Positions 23,365 through 31,705 of a stretch of 32,000 nucleotides of DNA are shown here, piece by piece; position 1 is the stretch's first letter; each line of letters begins with the position of its first letter. The stretch is from positions 36,056 through 68,055 of the forward strand of contig DAOVTW010000002.1 of assembly GCA_030632885.1 (NCBI GenBank). The letters run 5' to 3'. Source of the DNA: Desulfobacteraceae bacterium (lineage in GTDB: Bacteria; Desulfobacterota; Desulfobacteria; Desulfobacterales; Desulfobacteraceae). Under the pieces are notes generated by a model, which was not told the origin of the DNA, did no database searches, and saw nothing but the letters and a program-made list of their open reading frames with translations. Both the position numbers and the translations under genes were made by a program.

Positions 23365-24441
23365 ATGCCAATTAATAGTCTGTCCAATAAAATATCAACA
23401 ATTTTTACAACTATGTTTAAAACGGTTGGGAAACAGGCAGACCATAAAAGACTGACAAATTATATCATCACAATCCATCAGAAAGAATCCACAGAAGAAA
23501 TTCTTAGCGAGCTTTCCCATTGTTTAAAGAATATTTTAAATTACAGACTTTTTGCCTTTGTAATACAGCAAAAGAGTAATTTGGATATTTGGCTTGACCC
23601 ACGTACATATAAGGAATCACTGGAAAAAGCTGTAATAGAGGATTTTAGTGTTAAAGATAAAGCTAAACTCAATTACTTAAATTATACTTTTTCACCTGAA
23701 CACTCTGAAAATGAGGAACAAAAGTTTAACATGGAAGATATTACCTCCTATGAAATTAAAGAAGATGATTATTTCGCTAGAGTGTATATATTGACCAATA
23801 AAGGCTTGCTTGATTTTCATGATGATGAGATAGATATGATTTTAAAAACTACCCAGACAGCCATTTCAAGGCAATTAGGCATGAAAAAGTTATTTGATGC
23901 CGCAGCTATTGATCCGTTGACTATGTGTTATAACAGGCGGGAATTTAAAGCTCAGTTAGAACGAAATATCTCCAATACACTGAGACATAAAAAAGAGCTT
24001 TCAATTTTTATGTTTGACCTTGATCATTTTAAGAAGATCAACGATACCTACGGACATCAGGCAGGAGATCTGGTGTTACAAAAGGTATCTTCTCTGGTTA
24101 AAAATAATATTAGAACAGCAGATTTCCTTGCTCGATATGGAGGAGAAGAATTTATTGTGATTCTTCCTGAAACAAACAAACAAAAAGCAATGGAACTTGC
24201 CAACAGAATCAGAGAGAATGTTTCAAATACAAGAATAAAATTAAATACAGGCAAAGAAATAAGGGTTACAGCAAGTTTTGGTGTTGCGAGCTTAGGAGAG
24301 GGCTCTTCAGATATGAATCAATTGATTCATGATGCTGATACAATGATGTATAAGGCAAAATTAAATGGTAGAAACACTGTTATGCCTGGGCTAATTAAAG
24401 TGTGCCCTTCTATTGATTCTAAAAAAACGGTTAAGAATTAA
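23365..24441 (+). CDS. Diguanylate cyclase (GGDEF) with an I-site and an unrecognised N-terminal domain of about 180 aa
   Basis: RYGGEEF active site, RTAD (RxxD) five residues upstream, FMFDLDHFKKINDTYGH. Confidence 0.85.
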   Translation: MPINSLSNKISTIFTTMFKTVGKQADHKRLTNYIITIHQKESTEEILSELSHCLKNILNYRLFAFVIQQKSNLDIWLDPRTYKESLEKAVIEDFSVKDKAKLNYLNYTFSPEHSENEEQKFNMEDITSYEIKEDDYFARVYILTNKGLLDFHDDEIDMILKTTQTAISRQLGMKKLFDAAAIDPLTMCYNRREFKAQLERNISNTLRHKKELSIFMFDLDHFKKINDTYGHQAGDLVLQKVSSLVKNNIRTADFLARYGGEEFIVILPETNKQKAMELANRIRENVSNTRIKLNTGKEIRVTASFGVASLGEGSSDMNQLIHDADTMMYKAKLNGRNTVMPGLIKVCPSIDSKKTVKN

Positions 24442-24567
24442 TCTATAGTCTTTTCTTGATTTATTAATCCCGCTGAAGTAAAATATTATTTGAAAACTAT
24501 CGTTAAAGTAGGTAAATCTTTATCTGGCTATCGCCTTATGATTATCAGAGTCAGGAGAGGTGAAAAG

Positions 24568-25416
24568 ATGGTTGCAATGCAAGAGTTGGTAAAAGAGATT
24601 AAACAATTAAAGCCAATTCCGGCGATTGTAAATCAGATTATTGAAATTATTGACAAGCCAGATTCTTCAATGAAAGATATTGCAAAAATAATTAAATATG
24701 ATCCTGCTGTAACTGCTAATCTTTTAAAGATTTGCAATTCGGCTTATTTTGGTCTTAAAGAACCTGCTGAATCGGTTGAAGATGCTGTGTCTTTGATAGG
24801 TATTGATCAAATTGTCGAGCTTGTTCTTATGAAGTCTGGAGCAAGTGTTCTTGGCTGTAAACTTGATGGATATGGGTTTGCTGAAGGGGCAATGTGGAAA
24901 TATTCAGTTTCATCAGCTTTAATTGCAAAGCAGATAGCAAATAGACTGTCTATGGAAAATAAAAATACAATATTTACTGCATCATTATTAAAAGATATCG
25001 GCAAGACAGTCCTTGATAAGTTTGTTTCTAACAGTTTTGAAAAAATAAATGCTCTTGTTTTAAATCAGAATATGGGTTTTATAGAAGCAGAAAAGAAAAT
25101 CCTTGGAGTAGACCATTCAGAGCTTGGAGCAATGATTGCAAAAATCTGGAAGTTCAGTCCTAAAATGGTAACCATTATTCGGAATCATCATTGCCAGGAT
25201 AGTTCCATGTATAAAGATAAGGACGTTGCAGTTGTATATTTTGCAGATTGTGTTTGTATGATGTTTGGTATAGGTATTGGAGCTGATAATATTGCATATA
25301 GGTTTCATAAGGAAGCTATGGAAGAGCTTGGTATAAATGCCAGTGAAATGCCTGAAATAATAATTGAGTTTTCAGAAAATATGCAAAAAGTAGAAGAACT
25401 TTTAAACATGGTTTGA
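24568..25416 (+). CDS. HDOD domain protein
   Basis: IPAIVNQIIEIIDKPDSSMKDIAKIIKYDPAVTANLLKICNSAYFGL. I prefer ATG 24568 with a GGAGAGG RBS over the tracked start 24490. Confidence 0.8.
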   Translation: MVAMQELVKEIKQLKPIPAIVNQIIEIIDKPDSSMKDIAKIIKYDPAVTANLLKICNSAYFGLKEPAESVEDAVSLIGIDQIVELVLMKSGASVLGCKLDGYGFAEGAMWKYSVSSALIAKQIANRLSMENKNTIFTASLLKDIGKTVLDKFVSNSFEKINALVLNQNMGFIEAEKKILGVDHSELGAMIAKIWKFSPKMVTIIRNHHCQDSSMYKDKDVAVVYFADCVCMMFGIGIGADNIAYRFHKEAMEELGINASEMPEIIIEFSENMQKVEELLNMV

Positions 25417-25425
25417 ACAATCAGG

Positions 25426-26604
25426 TTAAACTATGCAAGTTAATAGGAAAATATCCAAGCCTCCATGATAAAAAGACCTTATTGCACTTTTTTGAAAATT
25501 ATAATTTTTTAAAAGATGCTTTTCCGGCATAATAATTCCAACGCTCCATCCTTTAAAATCTTGTTCAAGTTTTTTCCCGATTTCATTATAAAATGAGGAT
25601 AAAGTTTGTTGGTTGCCAATTCTCTTTCCATAGGGAGGATTTAGTATAAGGACTCCCTTTTCTGTTGTAAATTTTTCAGGAATAATAGTGAAAAAATCAG
25701 CTTTCTGAATTTCAATGTTGTTAAAGTCATGCTTTTGTAAATTTTTTTTACAAGCCAAGATAGCTTTACCATCAATATCAGATGCAAAGATATCCTTTTT
25801 TATGCTTGATTCAAATTTATTTTGAGCATGTTTTTTTATATAGTTCCACTTTTCTTCTCTAAAGCATTGCCATTCTTCAAAAGCAAAGTTTCTAAAAAAC
25901 CCGGGAGGGATATTTTGTTTAAACATGGAAGCTTCAAGGGAAAAAGTTCCAGACCCGCACATGGGATCAATAAGAACATCATCTTTGGAAAATTGGGTAA
26001 ATAAAAGTACAGCCCAGGCAAGGTTTTCGCGAAGAGGAGCATGAGTTGTGGTTTCTTTGATACCTCTTTTATGTAGGAGATCTCCGCTACTGTCTAACGA
26101 GATTTCAAAGCGATCATTTTCAGCTCTGATAAATATATCATGAGAGATATCTTCTTTGATATTGGGTAGCCTGTTGTCATGGGTTAATAGTTTGTCAGAT
26201 ATTATCGCATCGGCTCTTTGGGCAATGGCACTGGTATGATAGAGCCTTGATTTTTTTGTTGAAACATGGAAATTCAGTTTTGCGTTTTTTTGAAGTAGGA
26301 GTTCCCAGTCATATTTTCCAAGTTTTTCTTCCAGAGTTGAAAAATTTTCAGCTTTAAATTCTGCAATTCTCATTAAAATTCTTATTGGTATACGCAAGTG
26401 CAGATTTGCAAGATAACAATCATGAATTTTACCAAAAAATTCAACGCCACCTTCTCTAATATTTATTTTTTTGGATTTTATATTTAGATTATTAATTTCA
26501 TTGACCAGAAGTGTTTTTAATCCAGGCGCGCAAGATGCAAAAAAAGTATGTTTTCTTGCAATAACGTTTCTTTTAATTCTTTTTTCAAGAGCGGTTTTTT
26601 TCAT
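25426..26604 (-). CDS. THUMP-domain class I SAM-dependent methyltransferase (RlmL N-terminal half / UPF0020-like)
   Basis: DPMCGSGTF (SAM motif I) and LILNPPYGKR (motif IV); 392 aa. Confidence 0.75.
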   Translation of the reverse strand: MKKTALEKRIKRNVIARKHTFFASCAPGLKTLLVNEINNLNIKSKKINIREGGVEFFGKIHDCYLANLHLRIPIRILMRIAEFKAENFSTLEEKLGKYDWELLLQKNAKLNFHVSTKKSRLYHTSAIAQRADAIISDKLLTHDNRLPNIKEDISHDIFIRAENDRFEISLDSSGDLLHKRGIKETTTHAPLRENLAWAVLLFTQFSKDDVLIDPMCGSGTFSLEASMFKQNIPPGFFRNFAFEEWQCFREEKWNYIKKHAQNKFESSIKKDIFASDIDGKAILACKKNLQKHDFNNIEIQKADFFTIIPEKFTTEKGVLILNPPYGKRIGNQQTLSSFYNEIGKKLEQDFKGWSVGIIMPEKHLLKNYNFQKSAIRSFYHGGLDIFLLTCIV

Positions 26605-26744
26605 AGTATTGGTTTATATAGTATAATAGTTATTTGTCAATTGCTATATGCTGCCAAGGTGGTTTGCACTTTAAAGGATGGAAGTTCCGGGAAGCTTTTA
26701 ACGCTCTGGCTTGTTTGATCGCTTATGACTAACAGTTTCAGTAG

Positions 26745-26784
26745 ATATGAAGCTGTTCAACGATATTATTAAACAGCTTCATAT
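26745..26784. terminator. Perfect 13-bp hairpin 15 nt downstream of the octahaem cytochrome gene
   Basis: ATATGAAGCTGTT (26745-26757) / AACAGCTTCATAT (26772-26784), 14-nt loop. The T-tract (GTTTTTATT) is on the plus strand; the minus-strand side has no U-tract. Confidence 0.4.
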
Positions 26785-26798
26785 GTTTTTATTAATAT

Positions 26799-28190
26799 TT
26801 ATTTTTTAAATAATTCGGGAGGCTTTGTCTTATTTCCGGTAGAATTCGGGAAATCTTTTGCCACATAAGCCTTCTCTCCAGTTTTGATAAGATGGTTGGC
26901 CTCTTCCATGAATTTAACATATCGTTTTTTTAATTCATAAAATCCATGCCACCATGAATAGTCTGGTGCCATCATTGCAGCTCCCATCCTAGCTCGACGA
27001 CCTTCATGATGCCATAGTTCGTAATATTCCACTTCAAGCTGCTCATCAAAAAATCTGGTTTTATCAAGAAGTCCTTTACTATAAAGTTCATCTAACTTTG
27101 CTTTTGCTGGTTTAAAATATACTTCATTATATTCTTCTATGGTCTTATCCATCTGACTGTAATGAGCCTCAATCCATTTTTTTCCATGGCATTGCTTACA
27201 AACTTCCTGCATTTTTTGTCTTTCTTCTTTCCAGTTGGTTTTGGAGGGGAACGGTTTAAAGTCTTCAGGTCTTATTGTTAAAGGGGCCTGAAGTTCCCAG
27301 GATAGGCGTTCAGTAACGTCGTGGGAAGTCATCACTGTTCCTGCACCTGACATATGACAGGAAGCACATGTAGGGCCTCTAAAATCAACACCGGGCGTCC
27401 ATGTTCCAGGAGCTGCTTTCCAGTTATATTCATCACCAAAGGCATCGTATATACCTCCGTGCTTTGACTCAGTGAAGATTTCAATTTGAGGATGATCCGG
27501 ACCTAGATGGCACTGACCACAGGCCTGGGGTTTTCGTGCTTCCATAATCGAGAATCGATGACGTGTATGGCAGCTTGTACAACTGCCCTTGCTGCCATCC
27601 ATGTTTACTCTACCCACACCGACATTAGGCCAGGTTTCAGGAGTGAGTTCTTTATTTTCCATTTTTAATATAGTTCCATGGCAGTGATAGCAACCATTAA
27701 CCCTTTCAAAATCACTATTCATACCATTGTTCAACCAAGGATCAATTTTCCAAATAATTTCAAGAGTGTTGGCATGCTTGCTTTTACTATATTGTATTGC
27801 CTCATCTGGGTGGCATCTGGAACAATCTTTAGGAGTTACTACAGCAGAGACTGGTACCATATTTTTTTTCTGGCCATATTTTGTATCATTTGACTCATAT
27901 TCTTTATAATGAGATTGACTCACATCAGCATCATGGGGTTCAGCAACATGGCAGTCATAACAAGTTATATTTGCACTGGCATGACGACTATCTGCCCAAT
28001 CTGAGAATATTCCCGGGTGTTCTTTTTTATGGCATTCTATACATGCCATGGCCTGGGGAGACATAGACCTTTCAATCCTAAACTCTTTTGATTTGGGAAA
28101 ATTCATTTTAACATCCTGACTAATTGCTAAAGACACCGTAATAATAGATAGCAATCCAATAATGAACAAAATAAAAATATTTTTTTTCAT
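26799..28190 (-). CDS. Secreted octahaem c-type cytochrome of the hydroxylamine oxidoreductase (HAO) family
   Basis: Signal peptide. Eight CxxCH motifs (CIECH, CYDCH, CSRCH, CYHCH, CTSCH, CGQCH, CASCH, CKQCH). HAO-like CGQCHLGPDHPQIEIFTESKHG and PDYSWWHGFYE. Confidence 0.8.
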   Translation of the reverse strand: MKKNIFILFIIGLLSIITVSLAISQDVKMNFPKSKEFRIERSMSPQAMACIECHKKEHPGIFSDWADSRHASANITCYDCHVAEPHDADVSQSHYKEYESNDTKYGQKKNMVPVSAVVTPKDCSRCHPDEAIQYSKSKHANTLEIIWKIDPWLNNGMNSDFERVNGCYHCHGTILKMENKELTPETWPNVGVGRVNMDGSKGSCTSCHTRHRFSIMEARKPQACGQCHLGPDHPQIEIFTESKHGGIYDAFGDEYNWKAAPGTWTPGVDFRGPTCASCHMSGAGTVMTSHDVTERLSWELQAPLTIRPEDFKPFPSKTNWKEERQKMQEVCKQCHGKKWIEAHYSQMDKTIEEYNEVYFKPAKAKLDELYSKGLLDKTRFFDEQLEVEYYELWHHEGRRARMGAAMMAPDYSWWHGFYELKKRYVKFMEEANHLIKTGEKAYVAKDFPNSTGNKTKPPELFKK

Positions 28191-28246
28191 GGTTAACTCC
28201 CTGTTTGTGTTATTTGAATATTTTCTTTATTTTCAGCTATTCATAG

Positions 28247-28810
28247 TCATATACCTAATCCTCGGTATGGTTGCTGTCTTCCTTTATATTGATAAACATC
28301 CCTATCAACATGGACGAGATTTTTATGACAGTCAACGCATTTTTTTTCATATCCTTTTTTGGGATATATAACTGTTCGGTGCGCCAGCATTGCTCCTCGT
28401 TTATCAGGAATGTGTAAAATATTACGATGGCATTTCTGACACTGGGCATTTTTAAAAGTTTCATAGGCATGATTTCTGCTATATTCTCTGTCATATGGTC
28501 CGCCGACAAAATGAGCAAAAACATCCTTAATACCATGGGCTGTTTTAGCATAAAAAAAGTTGAACGTGTCTTGGGGAGCAGGTAGGTGACAGTCCATACA
28601 GTCGGCAGTAAAACCCTGGGCATTATTAACGTGGGTAGATGTTTTCCAGCTATCATATGCGGGTCTGATTTCGTGACATGAAGTACAGAATGCAGGGGTC
28701 GATGTTCTTACCATTGTGTAATAGGTCAGGCTGAAAATAGGGAAAGCGATTAGGACACCAATGGCAATAAAAATAGCAGGTTTGATAAATTTCTTCATAG
28801 CCTTTCTCAT
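28247..28810 (-). CDS. Membrane-anchored tetrahaem cytochrome c, NapC/NirT/NrfH family (quinol dehydrogenase)
   Basis: N-terminal TM helix and four CxxCH motifs (CTSCH, CMDCH, CQKCH, CVDCH); 187 aa. The HAO-family gene follows 56 nt downstream. Confidence 0.8.
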   Translation of the reverse strand: MRKAMKKFIKPAIFIAIGVLIAFPIFSLTYYTMVRTSTPAFCTSCHEIRPAYDSWKTSTHVNNAQGFTADCMDCHLPAPQDTFNFFYAKTAHGIKDVFAHFVGGPYDREYSRNHAYETFKNAQCQKCHRNILHIPDKRGAMLAHRTVIYPKKGYEKKCVDCHKNLVHVDRDVYQYKGRQQPYRGLGI

Positions 28811-29019
28811 ATATTGTCCTTATAATTTTGAAATCTGGTGTAAGAAAAATGATTTAACTACTAATATTTTTTACTACCAAAATTCAATGGAAAAAAGCTT
28901 TAATTAATTTGAATTATTAAACATAATATTCCAAGTGAATCAAGATGTAAATCAAAAAACTAAAAAATCATAATTTTCTTATATTATGAGTTTCTAAAAT
29001 AAGATTGGTATCATTACTC

Positions 29020-29124
29020 AATCCGCAACCTTCCTGCCCAGCAAAGCCATCTAAAAGCAACACAAAAAAAAGCCACCGAGAACCCCCAAGCCTCGCGGTT
29101 ATCTTTTTGGGAAGGTTGCAGATT
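29020..29124. other. Structured element: a 15-nt long-range inverted repeat enclosing a terminator-like GC hairpin
   Basis: AATCCGCAACCTTCC (29020-29034) / GGAAGGTTGCAGATT (29110-29124), one mismatch. Inner hairpin ACCGAG...CTCGCGGT (29075-29099) is flanked by A8 (29064-29071) and T5 (29104-29108). Confidence 0.4.
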
Positions 29125-29170
29125 ATGGGTCACAGATTGATCTATTTTTAACAGGTTCTAAGCTACATTA

Positions 29171-29220
29171 CGGTGAAGGGAAAAAACTCGCTTCGCTCAA
29201 ACAGTTTTCCCTTTTAACCG
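29171..29220. other. Second hairpin of the intergenic GC-rich island
   Basis: AAGGGAAAA (29176-29184) / TTTTCCCTT (29205-29213), plus outer CGGT (29171-29174) / ACCG (29217-29220). Confidence 0.35.
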
Positions 29221-29404
29221 CTTCTTTGATTAGAAAGTAATTAGAGCAACCAATATATTAAATATAAAATTAAATTTTTGTGTTCTTTAAAAAATGCAAA
29301 CTGTATGCTACAAAGATCATCATTTTTAATATTAAGGCTCAAAAATTGCAACATAATTTTATAAATATGTTAATATAAATAATAACTTTATCTGGTTGGA
29401 AGAT

Positions 29405-31705
29405 ATGAAAAAACAAAAATATATTTTCAGGATGAATATAGTTTCCAAGTTTATTATTTTTGTTGGTGTTTCACTGCTTGTGATCATTTCAGCCTGGGCC
29501 TATTTCAACATCAATTATCAAAAAGAAAAATTAATGAACCATATTATTGCTGATTCTGACAGATTGACCGAAACAATAAGGCTTGGAACCCATTATGCAA
29601 TGACACTGAATTCTCGGGATGATATTACACAGATTATACAGAATATTGGAAAGCAGGGGGGAATAGAAAGAATTCATATTTACAACAAAGCCGGAGAAAT
29701 AAAATTCTCAAACATTGAAACAGAGGTAAACAAAGAAACAAACATAAAAGCTGAAGCCTGCAATATATGCCACAAATCAGAACCACCGCTTGAACGTATC
29801 GAACTTTCCCAAAGAACACGTATAATCAATTCCCTCCAGGGATATCGCCAGCTTGGAATCATCAGCCCAATCTACAACGAAAAAGGATGTTCAACAGAAG
29901 ACTGCCATGTCCATCCCAAAAACAAAAAAATTTTGGGAACACTTGATGTCGTGGTCTCCTTGGAAGCCCGTGACAAGGAGATCATGGATGCAAAAAAGGC
30001 AGTTATTAGCCTTGCTTTACTTGCTTTTATAATTATTTTCACAATAATATTTTTCTTAGTTTATAAATTTATCAATATTCCCATTAAGAAATTGATGGAA
30101 GGAACAGTTCAGATTGCAGGCGGTAATTTTGAAACCAAAATTGCTATATACCAGAAAGATGAACTGGGACAACTTGCTGATTTAATAAACAGTATGGGAG
30201 ATCAAATCCATATCCAGCAGACAGAACTGCATGCACAGAGAAATGAATACAGAACCCTTTTTGATTATGCCCCTTGTATGATAAGCGTACAGGACAGAGA
30301 TTACAAACTCTTGCGTTATAACCGGCAGTTTGGAAAAAGCTTTCAGCCAAAACCAGGTGCCCACTGTTATCAGGCATATAAGGGACTTAACAGGAAATGT
30401 GACAATTGTACTGTTGAAAAAACATTTAAAGATGGAAAGTCTCATTATGGAGAAGAGTCAGGGATCGGTAAAGACGGGACAATGAATCACTGGATATTTA
30501 TTACATCACCCATAAGAAATGTAAAGGGTGAAGTAATATCAGCCATGGAGATGAGCATTGATATTACATCAAGAAAATATTTGGAGAAAAAACTTGAAGC
30601 ATCAGAAAAAAAATACCAGTCTATCTTTAATAATATCCCAAACCCTGTATTTGTTCTAAACGAAGAAACTTTGGAACTGCTTGACTGCAATCAGAGTGTC
30701 AAATCTGTATATGGATTTGATAAAAATGAAATATTAAATCAGTCATTCCAGAATTTTTTCATTAATGAAGAAAAAGGAAAAATGTTTGATCTTGTCAAAT
30801 CATCATCAACTCTCAACCAGGTAAAACATAAAATTAAAGATGGGAAAAATATATATGTTGATATCTGGATTTCACCTTCAGAGTATAATGATAAAAAAGT
30901 ACTGCTTGTAACAACAAGTGACATCACAAAACGTCTTGAAACAGAACGCGAACTGATACAGGCAGGGAAAATGGCAACTTTAGGGGAGATGTCCACTGGC
31001 ATTGCCCACGAATTAAACCAGCCTTTATCGGTTATAAAAACAGCAAGCGACTTTATCTTAAAAAAGGTTGATAAAAAAGAAAAAATCAAAGAATCAATTT
31101 TTCATAAACTATTGGTAAAAATCAACAATAATGTAGACCGTGCTTCAAAAATCATAGAACATATGCGCCATTTTGCCCGAAAATCAGATATCAACTTTGA
31201 AGATATCAATGTTAATGAAATCCTCATGCGTGCCCATGATATTTTCAGCCAGCAGCTAAAAGTAAGAGGTATCGAGGTAGTCTGGAGCATACAAGAGGAT
31301 ATTCCTGCCATAACAGCCGACCCTAGCCGCATCGAACAGGTGTTTATAAATCTTTTGGTCAATGCAAGGGATGCCATCGAAGAAAAAAGTGAGCAGCAAA
31401 ACTCTATGATTGACAATGAAAAAATATACATAGAAACTTTTTCTAAAGACAGACATGTGATTGTAAAGGTCAGGGATACTGGTTTAGGGATTCCGGATGG
31501 TATAAAAGATAAGCTTTTTGAACCCTTTTTTACAACCAAGGAAGTAGGTAAAGGCACTGGATTGGGACTTTCAATCAGTTATGGGATTATGAAAGAATGC
31601 AAGGGCAACATAGAAGTTGAGTGTGATAAGGTTACCGGTGGTGCTACCTTTATTATACAATTTCCCTTTGCCAATAATAAAAAAACCGATTATCTGTTTT
31701 CATAA
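29405..31705 (+). CDS. Sensor histidine kinase: periplasmic domain with two haem-c motifs, HAMP, two PAS-like regions, HisKA, HATPase_c
   Basis: TM-periplasmic-TM layout. CNICH (29759-29773) and CSTEDCH (29888-29908). HAMP LGQLADLINSMGDQI. H-box STGIAHELNQPLS. N/G boxes LLVNARDA, DTGLGI, GKGTGLGLS. I prefer ATG 29405 over the tracked TTG 29396. Confidence 0.85.
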   Translation: MKKQKYIFRMNIVSKFIIFVGVSLLVIISAWAYFNINYQKEKLMNHIIADSDRLTETIRLGTHYAMTLNSRDDITQIIQNIGKQGGIERIHIYNKAGEIKFSNIETEVNKETNIKAEACNICHKSEPPLERIELSQRTRIINSLQGYRQLGIISPIYNEKGCSTEDCHVHPKNKKILGTLDVVVSLEARDKEIMDAKKAVISLALLAFIIIFTIIFFLVYKFINIPIKKLMEGTVQIAGGNFETKIAIYQKDELGQLADLINSMGDQIHIQQTELHAQRNEYRTLFDYAPCMISVQDRDYKLLRYNRQFGKSFQPKPGAHCYQAYKGLNRKCDNCTVEKTFKDGKSHYGEESGIGKDGTMNHWIFITSPIRNVKGEVISAMEMSIDITSRKYLEKKLEASEKKYQSIFNNIPNPVFVLNEETLELLDCNQSVKSVYGFDKNEILNQSFQNFFINEEKGKMFDLVKSSSTLNQVKHKIKDGKNIYVDIWISPSEYNDKKVLLVTTSDITKRLETERELIQAGKMATLGEMSTGIAHELNQPLSVIKTASDFILKKVDKKEKIKESIFHKLLVKINNNVDRASKIIEHMRHFARKSDINFEDINVNEILMRAHDIFSQQLKVRGIEVVWSIQEDIPAITADPSRIEQVFINLLVNARDAIEEKSEQQNSMIDNEKIYIETFSKDRHVIVKVRDTGLGIPDGIKDKLFEPFFTTKEVGKGTGLGLSISYGIMKECKGNIEVECDKVTGGATFIIQFPFANNKKTDYLFS

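Noticed and set aside
29020-29124. SRP (4.5S) RNA, 6S RNA or tRNA identity for the hairpin-bounded element
   Set aside because: There is no GGAA-tetraloop/AGCA domain-IV motif at the apex, no T-loop GTTCGAATC-like sequence and no 6S-type central bubble recognisable by eye. It is kept only as an unclassified structured element.
29295-29310. Sigma54-like promoter on the minus strand (TAGCAT-n5-TTGCA, correct GG-n10-GC spacing) pointing toward nrfH
   Set aside because: The near-invariant -24 GG is AG here, it lies about 480 nt from the nrfH start, and no enhancer-binding protein gene is in the window. Too weak to call.
31102-31557. 151-aa minus-strand ORF and similar antisense ORFs in the track (e.g. 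1071-1460, 2417-2758, 3435-3692, 15923-16285, 30739-31089, 11499-11726)
   Set aside because: All lie inside, and opposite to, ORFs with clear family motifs. Their translations are low-complexity or Ser/Leu/Phe-rich with no motifs.
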